Assembly: GCA_024278075.1 (NCBI GenBank)
Contig: JAJRTW010000155.1
Location: 4,191 to 68,190, forward strand
Length of the DNA: 64,000 bases
Direction of reading: 5' to 3'
Origin: Bacteroidota bacterium
GTDB taxonomy: Bacteria > Bacteroidota > Ignavibacteria > Kapaibacteriales > UBA2268
Shown here: piece after piece, positions 1 to 8,605 of the stretch
Layout of the letters: each line of letters begins with the position of its first letter
Numbering within the stretch: the first letter of the stretch is position 1
The notes under the pieces: generated by a model
Told to the model about the DNA's origin: nothing
The model's input: only the letters and a program-made list of their open reading frames with translations
Databases searched by the model: none
Made by a program: the position numbers and the translations under genes

Positions 1-150
1 ATCCGGCTTTAGTTCAATTACTTTCAAGACAGCTTCTCTGCCATTCTTTGCGGTGCCAATAACTTGAATTTGATCTGTTGTTATTATTTTGGAAATAGTG
101 CTTCTCATAAAATAAGAATCGTCTACTACCAGGACTCTAATCGGTTTCAT
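1..150 (-). CDS. cheB: CheB-like response-regulator receiver domain, N-terminal 50 codons (partial; gene continues beyond window start)
   Basis: The reverse complement of 1-150 translates without stops to MKPIRVLVVDDSYFMRSTISKIITTDQIQVIGTAKNGREAVLKVIELKPD, a typical CheB/REC N-terminus. It lies downstream of cheA on the same strand. Confidence 0.55.
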   Translation of the reverse strand, partial: MKPIRVLVVDDSYFMRSTISKIITTDQIQVIGTAKNGREAVLKVIELKPD

Positions 151-249
151 ATATTTAATTTAAGGTGAATATTTTGAAAAAAACTCAAACTTTATTTCCA
201 AAGTAAAGGTCTTTTAAATCAACACTTTGGACATTTTTTATAATGACTT

Positions 250-770
250 GAAAAATAAATCGCTTACGAAATGTCATTCTGAGCCCATCGGCAGTCTATC
301 CTGAGCCCTTCGGCCTGGCTCTGGATAAACTATGTCGGAGGACTCTGGATAAACTCCGCGATGAATCTATAACTTTATACATTTTAAGTGTTTATAGATT
401 CTTCACTACGCTCCGACATAAATGTCCGAAGTACTGTTAAATTACAATCGAAATATAAAACGTCCCGTCGGTTGTTACAACTGGCAAAATACAACAGCTT
501 CTAAACACGCCGGTTGTAACATCCGGCTATATGAGAATATAAAAGGCTTTTGAATAAATTGCGAATATTTACCAGTAGTGTCCGGTTAAAAATGAGAACC
601 ACTCATAATATGTACCTGAATATTATGACTTGTCATTGCAGAACTCGTTTCAGAATCCAGTATTCACGGGCTATGTGGTCATATTGAGATGGATACCGGA
701 TTCCCGATAGCGGGATTACTTCCCAATACGGGAATTCGCTGGGCTCAACAAGTCCGGTATAACATGATTT
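250..770. repeat. Composite intergenic repeat element copy E1 (MITE/REP-like) between cheA and cheB
   Basis: It contains a 'gtcggttgttacaactggc' hairpin module (466-485) and a ~185-bp module (574-757). That module recurs inverted at 10611-10822 and its terminus 'agtagtgtccggttaa' recurs at 16227-16244. Internal direct repeats are 'ctctggataaact' x2 and 'ctgagccc[at]tcggc' x2. Confidence 0.6.
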
Positions 771-909
771 AATATTATATTTCACTAATTCAAAAATTGC
801 ATCCATAATGGCACACTATAGGCCAAAATGGAGTTTAATGCTGCAAATATCACAAATTGACTGATTGTTAACCGAACACTTGTAGCTGCAATTATTTACA
901 TAAAATTAT

Positions 910-2880
910 TTACATAAAATTATTATTAAACACTGTCTTTAATAAATCAGCAACGTCAATAATCATAATAACCCTTCCGTCGCCAAGTATGGTCGAGCCG
1001 GCAATTCCGGAAACATTGCCAAGATACTCGCCCAAAGATTTAATAACAATCTCCTGCTGCCCCAATAGTTCATCAACCACAACCCCGACCCTCTGGATTC
1101 CAAGCCCGACAATTACGGCGTTGCGGTCAACCAAATCCTCTTTCACAACCTCAACGCCAACGGCCTTATCGAGCCGGAGCAGGGGGTACACCTCGCTTCG
1201 TATCCTGATTACTTCCTGCTGGTTCACAGTATAAACGCTTTCCGGGTCAATCGAGACCACTTCTTCGACCGAACTCAAAGGTATTGCATAAGATTCGTTG
1301 TGCACCTTTACCAACAGTCCTTGAATAATTGCGAGAGTCAAAGGCAGCTTGATAATAAATGTACTGCCGGCCTGAAGCTCCGATTCAATTTCTATCATAC
1401 CTTTCAGATGCTGAATATTTGTTCTGACCACATCCATACCAACACCTCGGCCGGAGACGTTTGACACAGTCTTAGCGGTGCTGAAACCGGGAGTGAATAT
1501 CAACTGAAAAGCTTCCCGCGAGGTCATCTGTGATGCTTGTTCTTCATTAATCAACCCCTTTTCCAAAGCCTTTGCTTTAAGATTTTCGGGGTCCATTCCG
1601 GCGCCATCGTCGGAAATCCTAAGAACAATATTATTTCCTTCCTGATCGGCATCTAATGTAAGAATTCCCTCTTCCGGCTTGCCAAGTTCTTTTCTTTTTT
1701 CAGGGGATTCGATGCCATGGTCGCAAGAGTTTCTTATCATGTGGACTAACGGATCATTCAGCTCTTCGATAATTCCGCGGTCGATCTCGGTTTCTTCACC
1801 TTTTACAATTAGTTTGATTTTTTTCTTAAATTCCTTCGACAGGTCCCGGACTATTCTTGGAGCCTTTTGATACAGTTTGCCTATCGGCACCATCCTCATT
1901 CTCATAATCGCAGCCTGAATTTCGGATGTAACGAAATCAATCTGTGCGGTATTTTCAATCAGGTCCCGTATTTCATCCTTATGCTCGAATTCATGCTCGA
2001 GGATCTCTGTTATCTGAGCCAGCCTGTTTCTGCCTAGCACTAATTCACCGGATAGGTCCATTAGTGCTTCAACCCTATTGACATCTACCCTTATCGTCTC
2101 TGAAGCCATCTTCATATTGCCGGGCTTAATTATTTTAGCTTTGGGTTTGGTTTTGGTTTTTGGTTCAGCAGCTGGCGGCTCTGATTTATTGGCTTCTGCT
2201 TGCGAAGCCGGTTCTGCGGCGGCCTGTGTTTTGGCGGTGGCTTCCTTTTTTGCTTTCGGTTTCGGCTTGTTCTCTTCAACGAATTTCTGATTCAATTCAT
2301 CGAATGCGGCTTGAATCAAATCCAGTTCATCATTCGAGAAATCATCGGCGCCCTGGACCATTTCGGGATTATCTGTTACAGCTGACAAAGCATCTGTTAA
2401 CGGAGGCGTGTCGTCTTCCGGCCGGATGGCCTGTTCCTCTGGTGCATCGGTGGCTTCCTCATCATCGCCATCTAAGGCTTCGCCTGCATTCAGCTTTTTC
2501 AATTGCTTAATCGTTCCGGCAAAATCAACCGGCTGCTTATCTCCGGATTGTAATTTATCCATTAGTGTAACTATCCAGTCGTGCACTTCAAGCAAGACAT
2601 CAATAATAGGCAATGACACTTTAAGCTCTATACGGCGGAGCTTGTTCAGCAGGTCTTCGGCATGGTGAGTAATAGTAGTAATGGCATCGAACCCCATGAA
2701 TCCGGAAGTACCTTTGATAGTATGGAAGCTTCGAAAAATCCTGTTCAACAGGTCAAGGTCTTCCGGCTGATTTTCAAGGATCATCAAATCCTGCGAAACA
2801 TTATCCAAAAGTTCTTGAGTTTCAACAAGGAATCCCTCAAATATTTCCTGCATCTCCGGGTCGCTAAACTGAGAGTTCAT
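910..2880 (-). CDS. cheA: Chemotaxis histidine kinase CheA
   Basis: 656-aa ORF with an Hpt motif (HTIKGTSGFMGFD), a HATPase_c region (NSCDHGIE...GRGVGMDVV) and a C-terminal CheW-like domain. Confidence 0.9.
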   Translation of the reverse strand: MNSQFSDPEMQEIFEGFLVETQELLDNVSQDLMILENQPEDLDLLNRIFRSFHTIKGTSGFMGFDAITTITHHAEDLLNKLRRIELKVSLPIIDVLLEVHDWIVTLMDKLQSGDKQPVDFAGTIKQLKKLNAGEALDGDDEEATDAPEEQAIRPEDDTPPLTDALSAVTDNPEMVQGADDFSNDELDLIQAAFDELNQKFVEENKPKPKAKKEATAKTQAAAEPASQAEANKSEPPAAEPKTKTKPKAKIIKPGNMKMASETIRVDVNRVEALMDLSGELVLGRNRLAQITEILEHEFEHKDEIRDLIENTAQIDFVTSEIQAAIMRMRMVPIGKLYQKAPRIVRDLSKEFKKKIKLIVKGEETEIDRGIIEELNDPLVHMIRNSCDHGIESPEKRKELGKPEEGILTLDADQEGNNIVLRISDDGAGMDPENLKAKALEKGLINEEQASQMTSREAFQLIFTPGFSTAKTVSNVSGRGVGMDVVRTNIQHLKGMIEIESELQAGSTFIIKLPLTLAIIQGLLVKVHNESYAIPLSSVEEVVSIDPESVYTVNQQEVIRIRSEVYPLLRLDKAVGVEVVKEDLVDRNAVIVGLGIQRVGVVVDELLGQQEIVIKSLGEYLGNVSGIAGSTILGDGRVIMIIDVADLLKTVFNNNFM

Positions 2881-2949
2881 TTATCCGCCTGCAATATATA
2901 TTATGAAATTATTTGGTTGGAATAATAAATTGTGAAAATCATTCAGCCA

Positions 2950-3987
2950 TTATTTTCCGAACATAGCATCTATATCATCCTGAGAAAACGGCTCTGAATG
3001 ATCGTCATCTTCCGATTCTTCAATTTCAATTCTATCAACTTTATTCTCAATATTCGTTGGTTCGGTATCATTATTATTCGTGTCGGCACTGCTGTTAATT
3101 GCCGCCGTTCCCGAATTGGCTTCGGATTCTTCAGTTTCGATATTTCCATTGAACATCGCATCAATATCCTCAGGCGTTACCGGCTCACGGCCGCTATCGG
3201 CATCTGCACGTCCATCAAAAACTTTGTCTACTTCGGCCTGCCTGGATTCTTTGTTGTCATAGGAGTTAACGGCTTCCGGGTCGAAAGCAATGTCTCTGTG
3301 AAGCCTTGACACGTTAATCTTCTCCGTATCATCTTCCTCCGAAACAATATCGCTAATATCGGTTGATTTAAACGTAGTCATTATCTTCGACAATTTATTG
3401 TGAATCGTTTCAAGCAAATGATTCACAGCAGCAATTTGCTGGGAAGAAATATCCTGAACCTGAAGAGACATCATAATCGAATTAGTATCGTTGCGGACAC
3501 TATCCAATATTTCGTTGGTCTCATTTTTCATTTTAATATATTCTTTATTCGGCTGCGATTTCAAGCCTTTGATAGAATTAGACAGTTGCGGCAGGATTTC
3601 CTGCAGATCGCTTTTCTGCTGAATTGCCTTGTGAATAATTTCAAGCAATTTAATCGGATTTTGCTTAGATTGCTCAACGATTTCGTCCATTCTTGCCATA
3701 TTCGTTGAAATAAGGTCTGCCTTGTAGAACAAACCGTCCACTATATCCATTATTTCGGTTGTTGCATGTTCGGTAGCCTCGGTAACTTTCGAAAGCTGTT
3801 CGGAAGCTCCGGGCATTTTCTTCATGTTGTCTTCAATCGATACGTTTATTTCATCAAGAACGGGATGAATCTCTTTTACAAATAAAAATATCTCTTCAAG
3901 AAATGGAATAACCCTTTGGCCAAGAACAAATAATAATCGTAATTCATCGGCTTTTTGCAACAATTCAGTAATATCTTTATCTTTCAT
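2950..3987 (-). CDS. CheZ-like CheY-P phosphatase candidate with two C-terminal FliM-N-like CheY-docking motifs
   Basis: 345 aa and helical. The motif 'LQVQDISSQQIAAV' matches the CheZ active-site pattern QD-x-x-x-Q (E. coli 'AQDFQDLTGQVI'). The acidic disordered tail has 'PEDIDAMFNG' and a terminal 'SQDDIDAMFGK' resembling FliM 'LSQDEIDALL'. Located inside the che operon. Confidence 0.45.
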   Translation of the reverse strand: MKDKDITELLQKADELRLLFVLGQRVIPFLEEIFLFVKEIHPVLDEINVSIEDNMKKMPGASEQLSKVTEATEHATTEIMDIVDGLFYKADLISTNMARMDEIVEQSKQNPIKLLEIIHKAIQQKSDLQEILPQLSNSIKGLKSQPNKEYIKMKNETNEILDSVRNDTNSIMMSLQVQDISSQQIAAVNHLLETIHNKLSKIMTTFKSTDISDIVSEEDDTEKINVSRLHRDIAFDPEAVNSYDNKESRQAEVDKVFDGRADADSGREPVTPEDIDAMFNGNIETEESEANSGTAAINSSADTNNNDTEPTNIENKVDRIEIEESEDDDHSEPFSQDDIDAMFGK

Positions 3988-4011
3988 AATTTATGCTCCG
4001 GTCAAAGGGAT

Positions 4012-4389
4012 TTATCCTAAATTAGTGGCCTTAAGTACAGCATCGAGCTTTTCTTTCAGTACATGTGGTGTAAATGGCTTAACGACATAATTATTAACTC
4101 TGGCCTTTAAAGCATCAACAATATCCTGCTTCAGGCCTCTTGTTGTCACCATCAGAATCGGCAAATGTTTGTATTTGTCATTGGACCTTATTGATTTAGT
4201 CAATTCCAGCCCGCTCATAATTGGCATATTCCAGTCGGTTATAACAAATTCCACCGTCCCCTTTTCCAATTGTTCCATAGCTTCAAATCCATCACCGGCC
4301 TCGAGCGTATCAGTATAGCCAAAAGTTTTTAAGGCGTTGATAACGATTCTTCTCATCGTAGGCGAGTCATCAACAACTAAAAATTGCAT
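4012..4389 (-). CDS. cheY: Chemotaxis response regulator CheY
   Basis: 125-aa single REC domain with DD...D...T...K residues (VVDDSPTMRR, DWNMP, VTT, KPF). Confidence 0.85.
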   Translation of the reverse strand: MQFLVVDDSPTMRRIVINALKTFGYTDTLEAGDGFEAMEQLEKGTVEFVITDWNMPIMSGLELTKSIRSNDKYKHLPILMVTTRGLKQDIVDALKARVNNYVVKPFTPHVLKEKLDAVLKATNLG

Positions 4390-4431
4390 GTCAGACCTTA
4401 TATTTTAGTTAACAATAATTCAAATTTTAAT

Positions 4432-4797
4432 CTACCCGATGTACTTTGCCACCTCATACTGTATTCGCTTTTTGTTAAAAGGCTTAATCAGGTAGGAATC
4501 CGCCCCGGCTTCCATGCCGCTTTCCACATCTTCATCCTTGGATAGCGAAGACAATATAATTACGGGCAAATCAATAAATTTCGGATCTTCCCTAATGGTT
4601 TTAATTAATTTCAGGCCATCAATATTTGGCATGTTCAAATCGGTGATCAACAAATCAATTCCCTCTTCCGGAAGTTTCTCAAGGGCATCCATCCCATCTA
4701 CCGCAGTTATGATTCTATAGCCTTCAATTTTAAGGGCCATGGTAATAAATTTTCGCACTGAAGCAGAATCTTCGGCAATCAAGATTGTTTTTGACAT
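4432..4797 (-). CDS. Single-domain response regulator (CheY-like)
   Basis: 121-aa REC domain (LIAEDSASVRK, DLNMPNIDGL, KPF). Confidence 0.8.
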   Translation of the reverse strand: MSKTILIAEDSASVRKFITMALKIEGYRIITAVDGMDALEKLPEEGIDLLITDLNMPNIDGLKLIKTIREDPKFIDLPVIILSSLSKDEDVESGMEAGADSYLIKPFNKKRIQYEVAKYIG

Positions 4798-4854
4798 ATT
4801 AATTTCTCTATGAATTATATTAATTCTATTATTAAAAAAAGGGAATTCTGATTA

Positions 4855-5772
4855 TTACTCTTTCTTATATGCCATTGCCTTTGGCAAATGTATAAGTTTG
4901 AATGCTTTGGATATGCCATGCAGAGATTCGGAATAACCTATAAAAAGGTAACCGTTCTTTTGCAGGGCATTGTATAGATGCGCCACCACTTGCTGCTTCG
5001 ATGGTATATCGAAATAGATTAATACATTACAGCAAAATATCACATTGCAGTTTGTAAATGCCTTCATCTCGATCGGGTCGTAAAGATTGACCTTCATAAA
5101 TTTCACTAAGCGCTTAACCTCGTTGCTAAGGATATACGTATTGCCCGACTGGGTAAAGTATTTAGCCATATATTCAGGCGGTACGTTGCGCACGGCATAT
5201 TCTTTGTAGACTCCTTTTCGTGCTGTTTCCAATACTGCATTATTAATATCACTTGCCAGTATTTGAAAATTAATATGCGGATATTTCGGCTTTAGCCTTT
5301 GAAGAACAATCATAGCCAGTGTATATGCTTCCTCGCCGGTGGATGAAGCAGCGCTCCATATACGAAAAGTGGTAGGCGCTCGTGTGGGTTTTGATCTTAA
5401 TATCTCGGGCAGCAAAATATTCACAAAAGCTTCAAATTGCTGTTCGGCCCTAAAGAAATATGTTTCATTTATTGTTATTACTTCGAAGAGGCTGTTTATT
5501 TCCTGACGGCTGCCCGGGGATTTAATATAATTCAAATACTCTTCATAAGAATTCATTTTCCGATATGTAATCCGCTTCGAAATTCGACCTTCGAGCAAAT
5601 ATTTCTTGCTTTCGGTATAGTAAATTCCGCAGAGCTTATATATCTCATCACGAAGCTCCCGAAAGACTGAATCACTTAGTATCAATTCCTTATCTTGCGA
5701 TGCCGTTCTGCCGGATACGGCTGCCGTGGGCTTCGTTTTTGCAAATTTAAATTTAAATAATTGTTGTGGCAT
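4855..5772 (-). CDS. cheR: Chemotaxis protein methyltransferase CheR
   Basis: 305 aa with CheR N-terminal and SAM-MTase motifs (FFRAEQQFEAF, FRIWSAASSTGEEAYTLAM). Confidence 0.85.
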   Translation of the reverse strand: MPQQLFKFKFAKTKPTAAVSGRTASQDKELILSDSVFRELRDEIYKLCGIYYTESKKYLLEGRISKRITYRKMNSYEEYLNYIKSPGSRQEINSLFEVITINETYFFRAEQQFEAFVNILLPEILRSKPTRAPTTFRIWSAASSTGEEAYTLAMIVLQRLKPKYPHINFQILASDINNAVLETARKGVYKEYAVRNVPPEYMAKYFTQSGNTYILSNEVKRLVKFMKVNLYDPIEMKAFTNCNVIFCCNVLIYFDIPSKQQVVAHLYNALQKNGYLFIGYSESLHGISKAFKLIHLPKAMAYKKE

Positions 5773-5820
5773 ATAATATTGTCTCGCAAAAAATAATAAT
5801 TAATCAATATAATGAGCAAG

Positions 5821-7182
5821 TTAATCGACAAGTAACTCTTGTGCTTTATCACTGTTTTCGTCGCCGGCAGCACTAATTAGCTCTAATTCTTCCCTGAAAT
5901 TGTCTGCTCCCATCTGCTGTATTAAATCTAAAAGGTTCGCTATTGCCTCTTTATCGCATGAAACAAACAAACCTTTAGATGATAATATTACTTCCTCTGC
6001 ATCTATTTTAATAAGTAATTCTATAAATTCGGTAGAATAGCCTTTTGGGTTTATAACGGCTTCTGTGATGATTGAATTAATTGCCCTTGAAATGTTTTCC
6101 CGCGGCGAATCCTCGTGAAACATTCCTATCAAGCCTATTAAGTCGACAAAAGAAGTATCTATGTCGGCCTTATGATATAATGTATGGAAGAATTTCGAAA
6201 CCGATTCGGGGGCAGAGTTTACAAGCAGATTAAAAATAATGAGTTGCTGGGTTTCCGCATTGTTTGTCATTATCTCATTTATCAGCCCGTCTACATCTTC
6301 CTCAAGGTAATCATCGCCCAATGCTATCAATCCGGCTGCCCTTGTGTCCGGGTCCTCGTCCATCAAAGCATTCTGGGCAACATAGCGAAGCCTATAGGGC
6401 AGCTTTATTTTCATTTCGAGCCTAAAAGCTATTGCAAATATGGCTATCAGTACATACGATTGAATTTCCGCAGGTGCGTTTGGCAATTCTTCCATCAATT
6501 GTTCGCAGATAGAAAAATCAGAGCCTGCGTGGGCCAAAGCGTCAATACATGAAGTTTGCAGGAATATGTCATCTTCGGTTTGCAACTTTGATAAAAGGAA
6601 TTCCTGAGCCTCGGGGCCGCCGATTTTGCCGATGGACTCCACCACGTTGGGCTGAATTGATTCATCGATGTCATATATGCCGAATAAATGCTCAAGCGCC
6701 TTAGTATCGCCAAGATTGCCAAGAGCTTCCACGGCCGACGCCCTTACATTGGCATCATAATTTCTCAGCAACGGATAAATATTTTCAATCACATCGGTAT
6801 CATCGATAATACCAAGAATATCACATGCATATTTAAGGACATCCGGATCGTCGCTTTCGAGAAACGGCACCAGAACTTTAGCCGAATCCCGGCCTAATTT
6901 TATCATCAGGTCGCCGGCTAAATTCCTGACTTCAATATCATCGGAAGATATGAACTCCGATACATGTTTTGCAGAGCTGTGTTTAATCTCATCAGGTACG
7001 TTCAGCAGGCCAAGAAAGCAAACATCACGCACGCCAATGTCCTGGTCCATCAATCCATGGGCCAATGATTTTAACGATTCATCCGAATATGACCCGGCCG
7101 ACACGATTGCCTGCGCCGCATTTCGCCGCTCTTCGGGGTCATCACTTTCACTAAGGGCCGACAGTAACTTTATTTCATCCAT
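5821..7182 (-). CDS. HEAT-repeat (PBS lyase-type) protein
   Basis: 453 aa with repeated 'xVRxxAxxALGxLGD' HEAT motifs (NVRASAVEALGNLGD, DTRAAGLIALGDD). Confidence 0.6.
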   Translation of the reverse strand: MDEIKLLSALSESDDPEERRNAAQAIVSAGSYSDESLKSLAHGLMDQDIGVRDVCFLGLLNVPDEIKHSSAKHVSEFISSDDIEVRNLAGDLMIKLGRDSAKVLVPFLESDDPDVLKYACDILGIIDDTDVIENIYPLLRNYDANVRASAVEALGNLGDTKALEHLFGIYDIDESIQPNVVESIGKIGGPEAQEFLLSKLQTEDDIFLQTSCIDALAHAGSDFSICEQLMEELPNAPAEIQSYVLIAIFAIAFRLEMKIKLPYRLRYVAQNALMDEDPDTRAAGLIALGDDYLEEDVDGLINEIMTNNAETQQLIIFNLLVNSAPESVSKFFHTLYHKADIDTSFVDLIGLIGMFHEDSPRENISRAINSIITEAVINPKGYSTEFIELLIKIDAEEVILSSKGLFVSCDKEAIANLLDLIQQMGADNFREELELISAAGDENSDKAQELLVD

Positions 7183-7435
7183 AATTTATTTCATCCGTAA
7201 TTTATCTCTATTAATTAAAATCCTAATTGTTGCTCAAAGTATTAACAGCAATAATTTTGCCAAAAATTCCGGAAAAAAAATACTCAATCATTATTTGAAT
7301 AATTTCATGTGCGGATTTATTAAGATAACTTATGAATATGTTAAAATCAAGTAGTTTTTAGTCCTTAGCAATATATTTTTTCAGCAATATTAACGATTGT
7401 ATTCATAAAGTGCCGTTATCCTCCCAAATCCCTCA

Positions 7436-8350
7436 TTACGAAGGTGCCGTTAAATCATTTTCCGCATCGGGATTATTGCCGGCCAGCTTCTTCAAGTCAT
7501 ATATGAATTTTGCCACCTCGGCCGAAATTAATATCATCAGCGAGGAATAATAAATCCATAGCGCTATTGAAACTATTACGGCATAAGTTCCGTAGAACCT
7601 GCCATAGTTACTAATGCTGCCTATATACCAGGCGAAAATGTATCGCGACAGTTCAATCATTAGCAGCGAAGAACCTGTTGCTATCAGCCGGATTGTCCGG
7701 GGAAGCTTTTTGTTCGGAACCGACCTGAAAATGAAATAGAATAACCCGAATGAAGTTAGCAGCGATAATACATTGAACGTTACTTCCGAGAGTATCCAGT
7801 TTACTCTTTCGGGGAAATATTCATTAATAAACGACAATGCAACCGTAATTATTGGAACTGCATAAGAATATAACATAACAAGGACTGTCATAACCAAAGT
7901 CAGCAAGATGTCTTTCAACCGGTAGAAAACAAATATATTAGGCGAATGCAGCCTGAATACCGCATTCAGGCCGGTTCGGAGCGAGCTAATCAATGTGGAT
8001 GAAATCCATAGAAGCACGCCCATGCCAATCCAGCCAAAGAAACTGCTGTTCTTGAGTATCAAATTGACTTCGCCAACCAGGTCTTTAAGGAAACCGGCCG
8101 ACCTGCTGTCGGGTGGCAATAGGTCTATGAGTATTTTCTCAAGCGATGCTGATAAATTTTCGGCACCGAAAACAAGGTTCACCACATAGACTGCCACAAG
8201 AAACATGGGAAGAAGGTATAATAATATATTGAATGCAATTCCGGCGGCGAGCATAAAAAGATGGTGCTGCTCTATGCGTTCGACAATTATTGCCACCGAC
8301 CTGTAGATCTTATATGGCTTGCCGTCTTTTACTAAATACTTCCTGAGCAT
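7436..8350 (-). CDS. YihY/BrkB family inner-membrane protein
   Basis: 304 aa, multi-TM. N-terminal 'AAGIAFNILLYLLPMFL' is typical of YihY/virulence factor BrkB. Confidence 0.65.
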   Translation of the reverse strand: MLRKYLVKDGKPYKIYRSVAIIVERIEQHHLFMLAAGIAFNILLYLLPMFLVAVYVVNLVFGAENLSASLEKILIDLLPPDSRSAGFLKDLVGEVNLILKNSSFFGWIGMGVLLWISSTLISSLRTGLNAVFRLHSPNIFVFYRLKDILLTLVMTVLVMLYSYAVPIITVALSFINEYFPERVNWILSEVTFNVLSLLTSFGLFYFIFRSVPNKKLPRTIRLIATGSSLLMIELSRYIFAWYIGSISNYGRFYGTYAVIVSIALWIYYSSLMILISAEVAKFIYDLKKLAGNNPDAENDLTAPS

Positions 8351-8418
8351 ATTATTAATGTCCGGTTATAGATGAGAGACGTTCGTGGTTTATTTCTTGA
8401 TTTCCTTTGCCTGTCATT

Positions 8419-8572
8419 CAGAACTATTCAATAGCCACGTGCTTTAGCTCGTGGAAGCCCAAATCCCCGAATTAAAACTCGGAGCTATATATTCCTTCAT
8501 ACTTCAATAGCCATGTGCTTTAGCTCGTGGAAGCCCAAATCCCCGAATTAAAACTCGGGGCTATAAATCTTT
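8419..8572. repeat. Tandem direct repeat, 2 x ~77 bp
   Basis: Units 'ttcaatagcca[ct]gtgctttagctcgtggaagcccaaatccccgaattaaaactcgg[ag]gctata' at ~8428 and ~8505 are ~97% identical. Each has an inverted repeat ccacg...cgtgg. Confidence 0.8.
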
Positions 8573-8605
8573 GCCGTTTATGAAATTATTTATAACTTTA
8601 AAATT

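Noticed and set aside
989-2925. Multiple plus-strand ORFs (60-116 aa) inside cheA
   Set aside because: They are antisense to a confidently identified 656-aa cheA with low-complexity translations, so they are spurious.
5682-5873. 63-aa ORF bridging cheR and the HEAT gene
   Set aside because: It overlaps the ends of two well-supported genes and is AT-rich and low-complexity.
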